From assembly GCF_009914755.1 (NCBI RefSeq), contig NC_060939.1: 64,000 nucleotides of DNA, one strand, 5' to 3'. Under the pieces are notes generated by a model that saw only the letters and a program-made list of their open reading frames with translations, did not search any database and was not told where the DNA came from. The stretch is from the human T2T-CHM13v2.0 reference genome, Homo sapiens. Both the position numbers and the translations under genes were made by a program. Positions within the stretch are counted from its first letter, which is position 1; each line of letters begins with the position of its first letter. Below are positions 23,981 through 37,404 of the stretch, in pieces.

Positions 23981-26900
23981 AAACGAAATCTCAGAGAGAT
24001 TAAAGAAACCGCCCAGAGTCACACAACTCACATGTGGCAGGGTTTAATTTATGGAATTCACATCCCACGCACTTTTCACGACGTCACACTGCCTCCTAAG
24101 ATTCCAGATAACCAAGAGGGAGAAGACTGCCGCCTTCTGTCTGCAGAGTGTGTTATAGTTTTCAAAGTGCCTTCCAAGTCACCATTTCAGCTGCTTCTCG
24201 TAGCTGTTAACTTCTCTTCTCTTGTGCTTCACCTTCCTGGTCTACCATCCCAACTCTCCGTAGCTGGGCACACAGATGCGCCATCTTCAGTTGTTGCTCT
24301 TCCCTAGTTCCTGAGTGATTCCCGAACGTGTTGGGTTCCGACTGTAAGGAAATGGGTGTTGAGCCTGCTTCTCATTTAGCCTAATTCTGGTCCCCTGCTT
24401 GGTTCCTCAAGTGGCTGCCTGCTTTACCCACTAACAGTTCTGATCCTGTGACAGGACTTTCCCGCCAGTTTCTGAGCTTGTGTCCTCCTTGCAGCCCCTG
24501 CCTAGGTGCCCCCGTCTTGATCCCAGTTCCAAGTTCCTCTCCTCGAAGAATGCCTAGGGTTTTGATACCTTTGGAGGCTCACAGTACAGCCTTGAACTGT
24601 CCTCTGTACTCTTGAGGATAACAAGCTCCTTCTCCTAGGAATGGAGCCAGGGAGTATCTTTCTTTCCAGATTCCTTGTCTCTGGCTGGACCCCACGGTGG
24701 GGACTCCATCACCTCCTGGGGAACTTTGGTGCTGAGAATGTGATCTCTGTGACCTATGTTATCCTTCTGCAGGTCACCTGGCCTGATTCTAGCCTGTTTG
24801 CCTTTAGTCTGCTGTGAGTTAGTGCCTGTTGAGCTCTGAGATACAATAGCCCTTTGAGATAGGCATGAACAATACAGTGAGATTGTTGTCATCTCTCCTA
24901 TTTTTACTGATGAGGAAAAGATGGCTCAAAACATTAAGTGATTTCCCCAGTGACACAAACAAGACTTGAAACTGAGTCTCTTAATCCTGGAATCATTCAC
25001 AGTAGCACAGGGAGTTATATTTGAAAAGGACTGTGGAAATCACTTAGTCTAACCACTCTACATGCCCTTCATTCATCCCAACCTGTAGGAAGGAAGAGAA
25101 CCTGAGGTTGCCAGGTTAGCTAGAGGCACAGTACAACTGGAAGGCCAATTTCTTTAGCCCCTTTCTGTGATGTTTTGCTGCTTCGAAAACTGTTTTGGCT
25201 TCTGCCCTTGTCTCATTGCAGAATTTTCCTCTGAAAAGCTCCGGATACCTAAGATGTCAGAGGAATCCAGGGTGGTGTGTGCCAAAGACATTGCCTTATT
25301 TCTAGGGTGAGGAACAGGCAGCTTTCTTCTTATCCAAAGGGACCAAGTGCTCAAATACAGTCCTTGTGCTGAGAAGGAGGTGTATACACATGGGAGATAA
25401 GGAAGCATGTTCCAAATCATCTTGGGTATGTGAAGGCAAGGGAGTTACGGAGTTTGAGGTCCTTAGGTGGGCAGTTCAGCAAGCAAGAGTCTGCAGAATT
25501 GATTACATCGAACATCAGATCGACTTTAATTTACAAGTTGCTGAGAAATGCACTTAGTCCTGACTGGGGTCAAAAGACCTTGGTTCAGTGTGCCATAAGA
25601 CTGCTGATTTTCTAGACGGCCTTGGGCAAGTTGCTCCACTTCTCTGGGTCTCAGTAAAATGCCTCCTTCACCCACTGCCAGATGGTCACCAAGTCTCAGA
25701 TATACAATCTCTTGAGTTCTCTCTATTTCTCCTTTTTTCTCCATCCCTACTGCCAGATTCTCAATCCCAAACAGACTCTTCACTGGCCTTCCTCCCTGCA
25801 ATCTGGCTTCTCTCTAGATCTGAGAATAAGAAGCCCCTGATTTGCTCTCCGTTACTGTTAGAATAAAATGTAAGCTCATCAGCATGCCATTCAAGGCTCC
25901 CCCTTTTCTGCCCTGCATCCTCTGCTGACGTTATGCTGAGTTGCATGAGGTTCCCTAGTCCTCCCAGGCTGCTTCATGCCTCTGGTGTTTGCACATGCCG
26001 TTCCTTCTTCTCTTGGCCTGCAGCACTCTTCCCTCTTAGCAGTCAATGTAAAGTCTTCCACCTGCACGTCGCTTAATCTCTTTTTGATTCTCATCTGTGC
26101 TGTTACCACCACTACTTTCTTATGACAAAGCCTCATTGTGAGGGTTGCCACTTAAGCTGATGCTCCTCTGCTGCAAGTTTTAAAGCCACAAGAGCAGGTT
26201 CCTTTCAGTTTTGATGCTCCGGAAGATACCTGGACTCTGCCTTGGGAAAGCCAAGGGGTCACATGGAATGGGCCATGGATTAGACAGGGTGTTGGCAGGA
26301 ATCAGATGACACACTCTGAGTAACAGAGGACAGTTATTAGCAGAATTATTTGAAAAGGTGTGTCAGGGTTTATGAAAACCATAATGGACGGTGCAGTAGC
26401 CCCGGGCCAGTAACAGTGGGGAGCTGTCACCAACGAGGCTTGAAGGGGTAGTTGCTAGTCCCAAAGGGAGAGCCATGTTGGGAGGATCATGCAACAGGAG
26501 CTATGACCTTCATTAAGGGACAGAGACAACCCATGGTGACCTGGAAGGAATCGACATTCCAACTTCTCCCCACCCTCTCCCGATCTCCTATGGATGCTTC
26601 CCATTGAACAAACCTAACCAGGAGGCGGACGGCCAAGGAGCCTGTCAATGAAGTCCATAAAGATAAGCTTCTTAGAACATGGATCAAGGTGGAGAGTGAA
26701 TCAGGAGAGGCGGATCTGGAAGAGATCCAGCATCATCCATAAACAGACCTATTGGAAACAAGTCTTGCTGGTGAGACCTCTACTGCATGGGGAGCTCAGG
26801 CTCTGTGTGGGTTTGGTTTTGGGGCCCAGGGGAAGCCATGTACACAATGGAATGGAGTTTGAGATGCACAGAGGTGATGTCCCTCTGGCCAGAGCTCAGG

Positions 26901-27319
26901 GATAAAGCTGCCGAATGTAGGCATCCTGATTTGCAGAGGGGCTCGAAAGGGTGCTGAGATTCTGGACTCTCTGATGCTGCTTTGTGTTCACTCTGTGGAT
27001 CATCACCTCTTGTGGCCTTGCCTTGGGGCTGCTGTGGTGGGCAGGGAGGCAGGTGGGTACTTGCCAGCTAGCTGATGGGGAGGCATCACCAGACGCTTGC
27101 GTCCTCTTTGTAGCTAGGGACAGCAGGACTCACCACCCCATCTTCTCTGCCTTGGACCTCACACCCTGGATGGGCACCTCCAGGGCAGGCTAGAAACAGT
27201 GCTGCCCAGAGGGCCACAAAAATATCAGATGCTAGAATTCTAGATTGGGGACTTCATCTCATAGAAGAGCAAGAGCCAATGAAGTGGACTTTTTTTTTTG
27301 GCTGCTCAGCATTCATTCC

Positions 27320-27815
27320 CTCTTCTGGTGACAGTACCCTGGTTTCCTCTGGGGCTCCTCTTTCCCACTTTTCAGCCATATGGCCCAGATGAAAAGTGAC
27401 TCTACCTGCAGCTCCACGCCTGACCAATCATCACGACACCCTCTGACTTTGGTGAATGGCTTAGGGATGATCATGTGACCCAAGCCAGGCCAATCAGAGC
27501 CAAAGAAATGAAATTCTAGGGGCATTCTGAAGCTCTCAGGGAATATGCATTTTCTTTTTTGCTGGGGATGCTGAAAAGCATATGATATGAGCCTAGAGCT
27601 GTTGGCAGCCAGTCTTGCCAGTATCAGTGAGACTGAAGCCAGCATGAGAAAAGCAGCAATAATGAATGAAGGAGACTGGTTCTTGATGGTTTTGTTTAAC
27701 TGGATCCAGCTGTGCCTGCATCTACTTTTCAGTTAAATTAGTCAGTGAATTCCCCTTTTCTGCCTAAGCCAGTTTGGTTTTCTATCACTTGCATCCTACA
27801 GAACCCTGGCTAGTA
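27320..27815 (+). mobile_element. MLT1-type LTR
   Basis: gatcatgtgacccaagccaggccaatcagag...ctggatccagctgtgcctg...ttctatcacttgcatcctacagaaccctggctagtaca. Confidence 0.7.
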
Positions 27816-29115
27816 CAGCTAAAAGGGAAATGAACTGAATGGCTTTGCCTTCTGAATTTGCTGTGTGTGCTCAAACTGGAGCCACCAAGCATTGGGGTTG
27901 TAGACTCCTTTGGAAGGCCCTCTCCCTGACAACAACCCCACTTGACAGGTAAAGAAATGGAGGCTCAGGAAGGGGAAAATGTCCCATTGGAGTGGCCCAC
28001 GTGCCACTCTGTGGCAGGTCATGTCCAAACATGGCAGCTTCAGGATGTCCACAGAGCTCCCGTGCCAGATGTTCATGGCTGTCCTGCTGAAGTCCTTCTC
28101 CACCTCTGGTGGGTGTGGCATCTCGTGGGGAAAAATGCTGTTGGTCCCTGGGGAGGGATTTCAGGGTTTCAAAGTGGTGCTTTGTTCTGCTGTTTGATGA
28201 CAGAGATGACAGAGGTATGTGAGGGGTCATGGTGCGTAGGAACCTGTGTGTGGAACCCAGAGTTGTGTCAAACAAAGTCTAAGCTTTGGCCATCTCTGTA
28301 TTTTTTCTGGGTCACTGGTTGCTATCTGCTATCTGTTAGGGAAGAAGTTTGAATCTGCCAGGGAACTTTTATTAACAGAGGTGAGCTGATACCTGGGGAC
28401 CTCCTCATCTTTAGCTAGTTATGCCATCAGTCACAGGTCGGTGTAGGAGATGAGAGGCTTTTGCTTTCAATCCTGTTGAGGTTTCCTGGTAAGAATTTTG
28501 GTGCATGACCTTTTCAGTGAAAGCATGGACTTTCTCTTTCAGGGGCCTGAATTCCAGCATTTCTGAGTGCTGAGTGAGGAAAGGGTGGCCAGATGGGAGC
28601 TTTGCATTTCCTTTAGGGATCAACACCTTCTTCCAAGCATTATGGGACCCTATGACTCAAGTTGTACATATTTTGTTATGTTGGAATGTAAGAGTCTTTC
28701 CACCATTGTGATCCTTCTTTTAGCCACAGGGTCTACCCTTCTGTCATCCTTCCACCCACCCCCCCAGGGGCACCTAAGTGGGTCAGAGGATTCCAATGTT
28801 TCAAAATTGAGCTCTCTGGGTTTTCTTTTATTGGTCATTTTACATCAGGTTGCCAAGTGATAATGGCAAATCTGCATTCAAATAAGTGCAGCAGCCACTC
28901 AGGCCATAAACTTACATGTGCAAGTCATGTATTTTTCTATAATTGAGCTTCGTTTCTATTTTGTGCCTGATTCTGATGGGAGGCAGACAGTAAATCCAGT
29001 CGGTTCACATTTTCCATTTAGTCAGGGTTTCACTTCCCTTTTCTTTGGTATTCTGTCTAAATTCTGGGTGGCGGTAGACTGTAGAATAGCAAGCACCCAG
29101 GAGTGGCGAGCTTTT

Positions 29116-29116
<1 letters not shown>

Positions 29117-29157
<41 letters not shown>
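29117..29157. repeat. (TG)~20 microsatellite
   Basis: Directly visible. Confidence 0.95.
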
Positions 29158-29158
<1 letters not shown>

Positions 29159-31265
29159 TTACTGACAGGGGCCACTGGAGCATCTACGGAGATGCTCTTT
29201 ATTCTATTTGGACCTTGGTCACACACAATACACAAGGTCACTGCTGTGCCCTCCTCACCCCTGACTTGCAGAATTTTCTAGGTACCACCCTCTCTCAGCT
29301 GTTTCAGGAGCACCTTGGGGCAAGGAACGTTTGGTTCCCCCACCCTGTTCGCTGAGGAGTGGAGACTCTGAAGCTAACTTGAGCCATTGCTGAGACAGCT
29401 TAAGAAGTCAGCTCTGCTCTACCACCCTAGCACCAAGCTGGGTGGGAGGGAAACCGGGAGATGATGCACAGGGCTTTTCTGCTGTATGATCCCTACATAG
29501 AGAGAGAGTTTCTGCTGTTCCCTTTCCATAGGGCTGAATCCAGGAGTGGTGGTGCAGGGCCCTTCTTGGGTACCCACTCTGTCTTCTAACTCTCCTCATT
29601 GCCATCTGACTTTTTTCCATCTTCCAGTGCAGGGATTATATAATAGGAAAAATAAAAATAAAAAATATATAGTTGTTTGAATAATAGTGGCAAGAGTACT
29701 TGTTCTTGCCTTATTCTTGATCTTAGGGAGAAAGCATTTAAGCTTTCACCTTTAAGTATGTTAGCTTCAGGTTTTTAAAAATAGATGTTCTTTATCAAAC
29801 TGAGGAAGTTGTCTTGATTTGAGGTTTTCCAAGAGGTTTTATCATCAAGTGATAAAGTGTTGAATTTTGTCAAATGCTTTTTCTGCATCAGTTGATATTA
29901 AGATATGATTTTTTTCTTAGCTTGTTAATATGGTTGATTGACTTTTAAATATTGAACCAACCTTGTATTGCTGGAAGAAACTCCATTTGGTTCTGGTGTG
30001 TGTGAAAGGTCCTGGACCCTTTCATATATTGCTGAATTCTATTTGCTAAGATTTTATTAAGGAATTTTTGTATCTATATTCATGTAGGATATGGTCTGTA
30101 GTTTTCACATTTTGAAGTGTGTTTATCTGATTTTGCTATCAGGGTAATATTGGTTTCATAAAATGAATTGGGAAGTGTTCTTTATTAATATTTTCTGGGA
30201 GAGATTATGTACAGGTAGTGTTAATTCTCCTTTAAATAATTCAACATAGTGCTGGAAGTCCTGGATAGCTCAATAAGGGAAGAAAATGAAATAAAAAGCA
30301 TACAAATCAGAAAGGAAAAAATAAAACTACCTATTTTCAGATGACATGATAGTCTATATAGAAAATTCCAAGGAATCAAGAAAGAAAAAAGTCCTAGAAC
30401 TATAAGTGAGTTCAGCAAGGTTCTGAGATATAGAAGCAACACATGAAAATAAATTGTATTTCTATATAATAGCAATAATCACACAGAAACCAAAACTAAA
30501 AATACAATGCCATTTACCATTGCTAAAAAATAAATTCTTAGGTATAATTCTAACAAAATATGTATAGGACTTGTATGCTTAAAACTGCAGAAGCTGATGA
30601 AAGAAATAAAAAAATCTAAATAAATGGAGATATATGATATTCATGGATTGGAAGTCTCAACATAGCTAAGATGCCAATTCTCCCCAAATTGATATGCAGA
30701 CTTAATACAACTCTATCAAAGTTCAAGCAACATTTTTTCTTTGTAGTATAGGCAGGATAATTCTAAAATTTATATAGAAATATGAAGGACCTAAAATAAC
30801 TAAAACAATAATCAAGAAGTAGAAGAAAGTGGGAAGAATCAGTCTATCTGATTTCAAGATATTATATAACTGTGTGGTATTGGCAGAGGGGTAGCCACAT
30901 AGAGCAATGGAACTGAAGAAAAGATCCAGAAATAGACCAAAACAATTATGACCAACTGATTTTTGACAAAGGTGCAAAAGCAATTCAATGGAAGAAGGAT
31001 AATTCTTCAAGAAAGGTGCTGGAATAATCAGATATCTATAGTCAAAACTATGGACCTCAACTTAAGCCTTACACTGTATACAAAAAAAATTTAACTCAGA
31101 ATGGATCATAAATATAAATATAACACATAAACTATAAAACTTTTAGAAGAAATTATAGAAGAAAATCATCAGGACATAGGACTTGATGAGAGTAATTTGA
31201 TATGACAACAAAAATGATTTATTAAAGAAAAATATCAAAAACTTGACCTAATCAAAATTAGAAAT

Positions 31266-31960
31266 GAGATCCAGCAATCCCATTTCTGGGTATTTACCCA
31301 AAAGATTTAAACCCAGTTAGTCAGAAATGTCTGCACTCCCATGTTCATTGTAGCACTATTTACAATAGCCAAGTTCCGGGATCAACCTACATGTCAATCC
31401 ACCAGATGGCTGGATAAGGAAAATGTGGTATATACACACAATGAAATACTATTCAGCCTTAAAAAAGAAGACAATTCTGTCATTAGCAACCACATGGATG
31501 AAACTGGAGAACATCATGATAAGTGAAATAAGCCAGGCATAGAAAGACAAATACTGCACATTCTCATCTGTATGTGGAACCTAAGGCAATTAAACTCATA
31601 GAAGCAGAGAGTGGAATGGTAGTTACAGAGGCCAGGGGTTGTGGGGAGTGGAGAGATGCTGGTCAAAGAGTACAACATCTTAGATGGGAGGAGTAAGATT
31701 TTAAAAAAAAAAAAATCTATTGCATAGCATAGCATGGTGCATATAGTTAATAATAGAGTTTTGTACATTTCAAAATTGCTAAGACAGTAAATTTCAAATG
31801 TTCTAACCATAAAAAATGATAAGCATTTTGGGTGATGGATATGTTAATTAGCTTGATTTAATTATTCTCTAGTGTATTCATAAATCATAACATCAATTTG
31901 TGCCCCATAAATATGTACAATTATAAATTGTCAGTTTACAAGAAAATAAAATAAAGTAAC
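31266..31960 (+). mobile_element. L1MA 3' end nested in the L1MC
   Basis: gatccagcaatcccatttctgggtatttacccaaaag...atgttcattgtagcactatttacaatagccaag...gtgatggatatgttaattagcttgattta, A-rich tail. Confidence 0.85.
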
Positions 31961-32928
31961 CAAAAAGATTTAAAATGACCTTGCCAAGAGGATAAAAAGA
32001 GAGTAAGCTACAGACTGGGAGAAAACATTTGTAAACCACAAATATTTGACAAAAGATTCATATGTAGAATATATTAAAAAACTCTCAAAACTCAACAACA
32101 AAACAACAAACAATACAATTAGAAAATGAGCAAAAAACCATGAGGAGACAATTCACTGAAGAGGACACATGGATGGCAAATGTGCACATGAAAAGATGTT
32201 CAGAGTCATGAGGTGTTAGGGAAATGCAAATTAAGACCATGATAGCTATCACTTCACACCTACTAGAAGAGCTAAAATAAAAAACAGTCACAACACCAAA
32301 TGCTGGTGAGGATGTGGAGAACCTGGGTCTCTCACCATTGCTAGTGAAATGTAAAAAGGGATGACCACCCTGGAAAAAAGAGATTGGCAGTTTCTTACAA
32401 AACTAAACATGAACTTGCCCTACAACCCAGAAATCCCACTCCTGGACATTTATCCCAGAAAAATAAAAATGTATGTCCACACAAAAACTTGTACAGAAAT
32501 GCTTACAGCAGCTTAATTGCAGTAGCCAATAAGTAGAAACAACCAGGATGTCCTTCAATAGGTGAGTGGCTAAACTAACTGTGATACAGCCATACTATGG
32601 AATCATACTTGGCAATCAATAGAAATGGACTACTGAGACACATGGCAACCTGCATAGACTTCACGGGTACTATGCTGAATGAAAAAAGCCAGTCTCAAAA
32701 GCCAATCTTGTAGATACGATTCCATTTACATAACACTCTAACCATGACAAAATTTAGAGATGAAAAACAGATTAGTGATTGTCAGGGTTTAGAAACTGGG
32801 GGGACAGCAGGAGAGAAATCTTTGTAGTGATGAAACAGTTGATTGCAGAGGGGAATCACATGAATCTATACACATGCCAGGAGGGTATAGAATTGTACAC
32901 ACACATTGTACTAATGCCAGTTTCCTGG

Positions 32929-33312
<384 letters not shown>

Positions 33313-33638
33313 TAAATGAGACCCTTAGGGGAAGCTGGATGAAGGATATACTGACCCCTTTCTACTCTTATTGCAACTTCCTGTGAATCTATAATTATTT
33401 TAAAATAAAAAGTTAAAAATATACATATGTATTAGAAAAAACTGTTCTGATCTATCATAAATGTTTTGTAATCTACTGTTTGTGCCTTTAGTGCCTTGGC
33501 ATTAAAAGATTGATTAAAATTTTATCTTATAAATTTAAATTTATAACATTTAAAAATTATGGATTACAGATAGATTATATTGCTGTTATCCAGTGTGTTA
33601 AAATTGGTTAACACATTGAAAAATTCATTACTTTTAAA

Positions 33639-33760
33639 AAAGTTATTTTATTTTTATTATTTATTTATTTAGTTTGAAACATTTTTATTTTAATTTTCAT
33701 GGGTACATAGTAGCTGCATATATTTAATGGGGTACATGATATATTTTGATACAGACATAA
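33639..33760 (-). mobile_element. Very short 3'-terminal L1 (L1MA/PB-like) insertion with 20 bp TSD
   Basis: tttcatgggtacatagtagctgcatatatttaatggggtacatgatatattttgatacagacat, flanked by aaaaattcatta(c/t)ttttaaa at 33619-33638 and 33761-33780. Confidence 0.8.
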
Positions 33761-34199
33761 AAAAATTCATTATTTTTAAAGGATAGTTTTCAAAGCTATT
33801 ATTTGTATTTAGTGATATAATAAATGGACATAGTTTAAAAAGTTAGTATCTCACCTCTTCCTATGTCCTGAAATCCATTCACTAGAGGCAACTACCCTCA
33901 ACTCCTCTGAATTTTCTTCCTTGTATTTACCATGTCCCTAAATGATATGTTTATATGGATATCGTTTTATTCATCAACAATTGATATTATTGGTTTATAT
34001 TTTGTCATAGTAGATATGAACTTAACTCTCCCACAGCTTTCCCACTGCTAACCTCTGCCTACCATAGTTTTCTCACATTTTGGTCATTTTATTCACTGGT
34101 GTATACAGTATTATATGTGTTCAAATATTGCTTCACGATAAACGAAGAGTCCACTCATACAATGTTTTGACGCTGTTTAACTCTTTGTCCTGGAGTTCA

Positions 34200-34700
34200 T
34201 AGCTGCCTTGCCTTTGATGTGTCTGCTTTTCTCTGCACCTGTGGCTACACGTTTTCCCATATGCTCCCTTCCTGGTTACTCTTTAGGCCAACTGTATGCA
34301 TTTTCCTGAGATTCCCCTTCATGGCTGTCCTGTGTTGGAACCCCTGCTTCCTGGAAGCTGTGTCTTTCTCTTTCTTGTTTTACATTTGCTACCTAAAGAA
34401 AGGGTGTGTGGGAGACAGAACATTTGAATCTTTGGATGTCTGAGAGTGTCTTGGATCTGCTATCCCTCTTGATTGATAATTTGGCTGGGAATACGCTTTT
34501 AGGTTGAAAATGATTTTCTCGTGAAAATTTGAAGGCGCTGCTCCCTGTTTTCTAGCAACTGGCTGCTGAGAACTCAGAAGCCATTCTGGTTCTTCTTCCT
34601 TCTTGCATGTCATCTGTTTTTACTCTCTGGAAGTTTGTGGGGTCTTTTGTTGCTGGTATTTTGAAATTTCACAGGAATGTACAGTATCCTGGTTTTTGAA
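34200..34700 (-). mobile_element. HAL1/L1M ORF1-region fragment
   Basis: gattgataatttggctgggaatacgcttttaggttgaaaatgattttctc...gaaggcgctgctccctgttttctagc. Confidence 0.6.
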
Positions 34701-35109
34701 ATTAGAAAAACCTTTCTCAAAATAATGTCTTTGCTGTGAGTTCCAACAGTTGATTTTGTAACTCAAAAGCCAAGCATTACCTCTTTTATTTCCTGCTTTT
34801 TTCCATGCACACTCATTCCCTGAGGTCATTAGTGCCATTGGCTGACTGGGTGAAAAGCTGGCAAGTAGTTGGAGGTACCAAGGGACAAAGGAAGATGTGA
34901 TCCTGGGTCCCAGGAATCCATTACATTCTACTGTGAGTTGCCAGGAAGATGCCCATGGGTGAGAGTAGGGGAATAGATCCTAATGAAAATTAAAATCCAA
35001 AGAAACCACACCAAGGGATTACTCCACCCTGGGGAGTAATCAAGCAACCCCCAAAGCTGTGTGCATTCTTGCTTCAGTGCCTTTGCTTGAACTGTGCCCT
35101 TGCTGGAAT

Positions 35110-35575
35110 GATAGTTGGCTGCCAGCAACACAGAATTCATTCCAGTGGTCTAAATACATGCAGGTTCATGCTCTCATGTAAAGGAAGTCTAGAAGTAGGT
35201 GGTCCTGGGTGGTTTGGTGGCTCCATGGTCATGAGGGACCCAACCTCTTTCTACCTTTTTGCTCCAACTTCATTAGCATGTTGCTTTCATCTTCAAGGTC
35301 ACAAGATGGCTGCTGGCATTCTAGCCATCACACTCAGGTTCCAGGCAAGAAGAAAAATAGGAAGAGGCAAAAGGGCATTCTCTGGCTGGCTGATTTCTCT
35401 TAAGAAGCCTTTCTGGAAGTTTATCCAACAACTTCTACTTATATCTTATTGGCCATTGTGAAAGGGAGGCTGGAAATATATTCTTTTAGCTGGAGATATT
35501 GCTGGCCAGAGTGGGTTTCTGTTAACAAGAAAGAAGGGCAGAATGAATACTGGTAAGGGACTAGCAGTCTCTGTG
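35110..35575 (-). mobile_element. MLT1-type LTR
   Basis: caagatggctgctggcattctagccatcacactcaggttccaggcaagaag...aacttctacttatatcttattggcc. Confidence 0.7.
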
Positions 35576-35996
35576 ACCATGTTCTGGACTCTTAACTACT
35601 CTTTAGCTACTGAGACCTTGTTCCTTCCAGAAAGTACAGGTGAAGTGGCACTTTGGTTTTCCTGATGCCCCAGGCAGAACCACAACTGCCAATGCCCTCA
35701 TGCCCTCGGAGACCCCCTCTCTGTGTTTATGTCCTTTTTATTTCTGCCTGAAAAGTGTTCATCTCCTCACCCTAGCACATCCCCCGCCTTCCCATATGTT
35801 CAAATTCAGCCTTAGAGACCTAGCCAATGGAAACTTCCTCCAGAATTCCTTGATTTCAACTGCCCAGCCAAAAGTTCCTCCTTTTTCTCCTCTGAGTTCC
35901 ATAGTAGGATGGGGGATTAGAGTGACTGTTCCTGTTTGCCCAAGATGAAGAGGTTCAAGGGACAAAGGACTTTTGTACTGAAACCAGTCCTGGACA

Positions 35997-36095
35997 AATC
36001 CTGGTTTGCTTGGGACTGAGGGGTTTCCCAGGATGCAGGACTTTCAGTGCCAAAACTGGAAAAGTTCTGGGCAAGCCAGGATGAGTTGATCACTT
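35997..36095. mobile_element. MER81-like hAT-Blackjack MITE
   Basis: tcctggtttgcttgggactgaggggtttcccaggatgcaggactttcagtgccaaaactggaaaagttctgggcaagccaggatgagttgatcac. Confidence 0.7.
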
Positions 36096-36263
36096 CACAG
36101 GGCTCAGAACACTGAACGTGGCAGTCAGAAGGCAGGAAGGAGAGTGCTGGTGCTGCACTGATGGACCATATAGTTTTGGGCCTCCCTGACTCTCAGCATC
36201 CAAATCTGTGAAATGGTACTATTATCAGCTTTTTAGGGTTGTGAGGAGGATGGCAGGATATCC

Positions 36264-36552
36264 TTTTTATTTTTTATTTTTGAGTCGGAGTCTTGCTCTG
36301 TCACCCAGGATAGAGTGCAGTGGTACGATCTTGGCTCTGCCTCCCGGGTTCAAGCAATTCTCCTGCCTCAGCCTCCCGATTAGCTAGGATTACAGGCAAG
36401 CACTACCATGCCCGACTAATTTTTGTATTTTTAGTAGAGACGGGGTTTTGCCATGTTGGCCAGGCTGGTCTCGAACTCCTGACCTCAGGTGATCCACCTG
36501 CCTCAGTCTCCAAAAGTGCTGGGATTACAGGTGTGAGCCACCGCGCCCGGCC
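36264..36552 (-). mobile_element. AluS (small internal deletion)
   Basis: tgagtcggagtcttgctctgtcacccagg...gtgagccaccgcgcccggcc. Degenerate TSD tggcaggatatc / tagcaggagatc. Confidence 0.95.
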
Positions 36553-37190
36553 TAGCAGGAGATCTTGTACATGAAAGCTCCTTGCAAATGTGGTAACATA
36601 TAAATGGGTGACAGCATTTTTTTTTTTTTTTTTTTTTTTTACTATATTGGTAATCCTTCTTATGGTCCATACCACATTCTGTTGGGCGTAATGGTTATTT
36701 GAATGTGTGTTTCATTTTCCCCTCCTAGACTGAGAAACATATGTCCCCATAAATCAGAGGAACCCAGCAATCTGCAGCAGGTATGAATTTGCATCCCAAC
36801 AGTCATGTGCAAGAACCATGGCAGTATTTTATTTTTGTAAACCAAATTAAATCTGGCTGTGAGCTCCCAGTCACCATGGTTGAGTCATTGCCTGGAGCAC
36901 CCCCTCCTTAGGGTGGGCAAGGATGGTTTACATAGTCCAGAAACTTCAGCAAAGCTTGTGTTCTTCAGCCCCATATGGTCACTGCTGGAGCCTCATGCTC
37001 AAGTCCAAATGGTTCATTCCAAAGAAGGGTGGCTCTTCTCTCTCCATGCCAAGCCGGGCTCTGAGATCTTTTTCAGCAGCTCCCAAGGTCTTAGAGCTTG
37101 ATTGTCAGTCCCTGGCACCCAGGGGCCTCCCCGTCAAAGGTCCTGCCGCCTCCTGAGGTGCTGCATTTAGCTGGGTGCATGTTTCCATGT

Positions 37191-37404
37191 CAGTGGTGTG
37201 CTGGAGCCGGCTTGTACTGGCTCAGGAGGACCGACTGTGTGTGTCTCTTCCCAACTTCCTGCTCAATGACATAAAGTTGGTAGCTTGAAATTGACCATGG
37301 TGGAAATATTTACACCACAGAAACTAGTAAACACTATAAATCAGGAGCCCCGCCCTCCAGCCCACCACCCTGAGAACACGTTGTTAGCTTTCACCAGTAC
37401 ACCA
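37191..37404. mobile_element. MER63-like hAT-Blackjack MITE
   Basis: cagtggtgtgctggagccggcttgtactggctc...accagtacacca; terminal inverted repeats visible. Confidence 0.7.

Noticed and set aside
36617-36640. T24 tract as a tail-only retro-insertion
   Set aside because: No TSD; it sits at the end of a MIR-like tail, so simple expansion is more likely.
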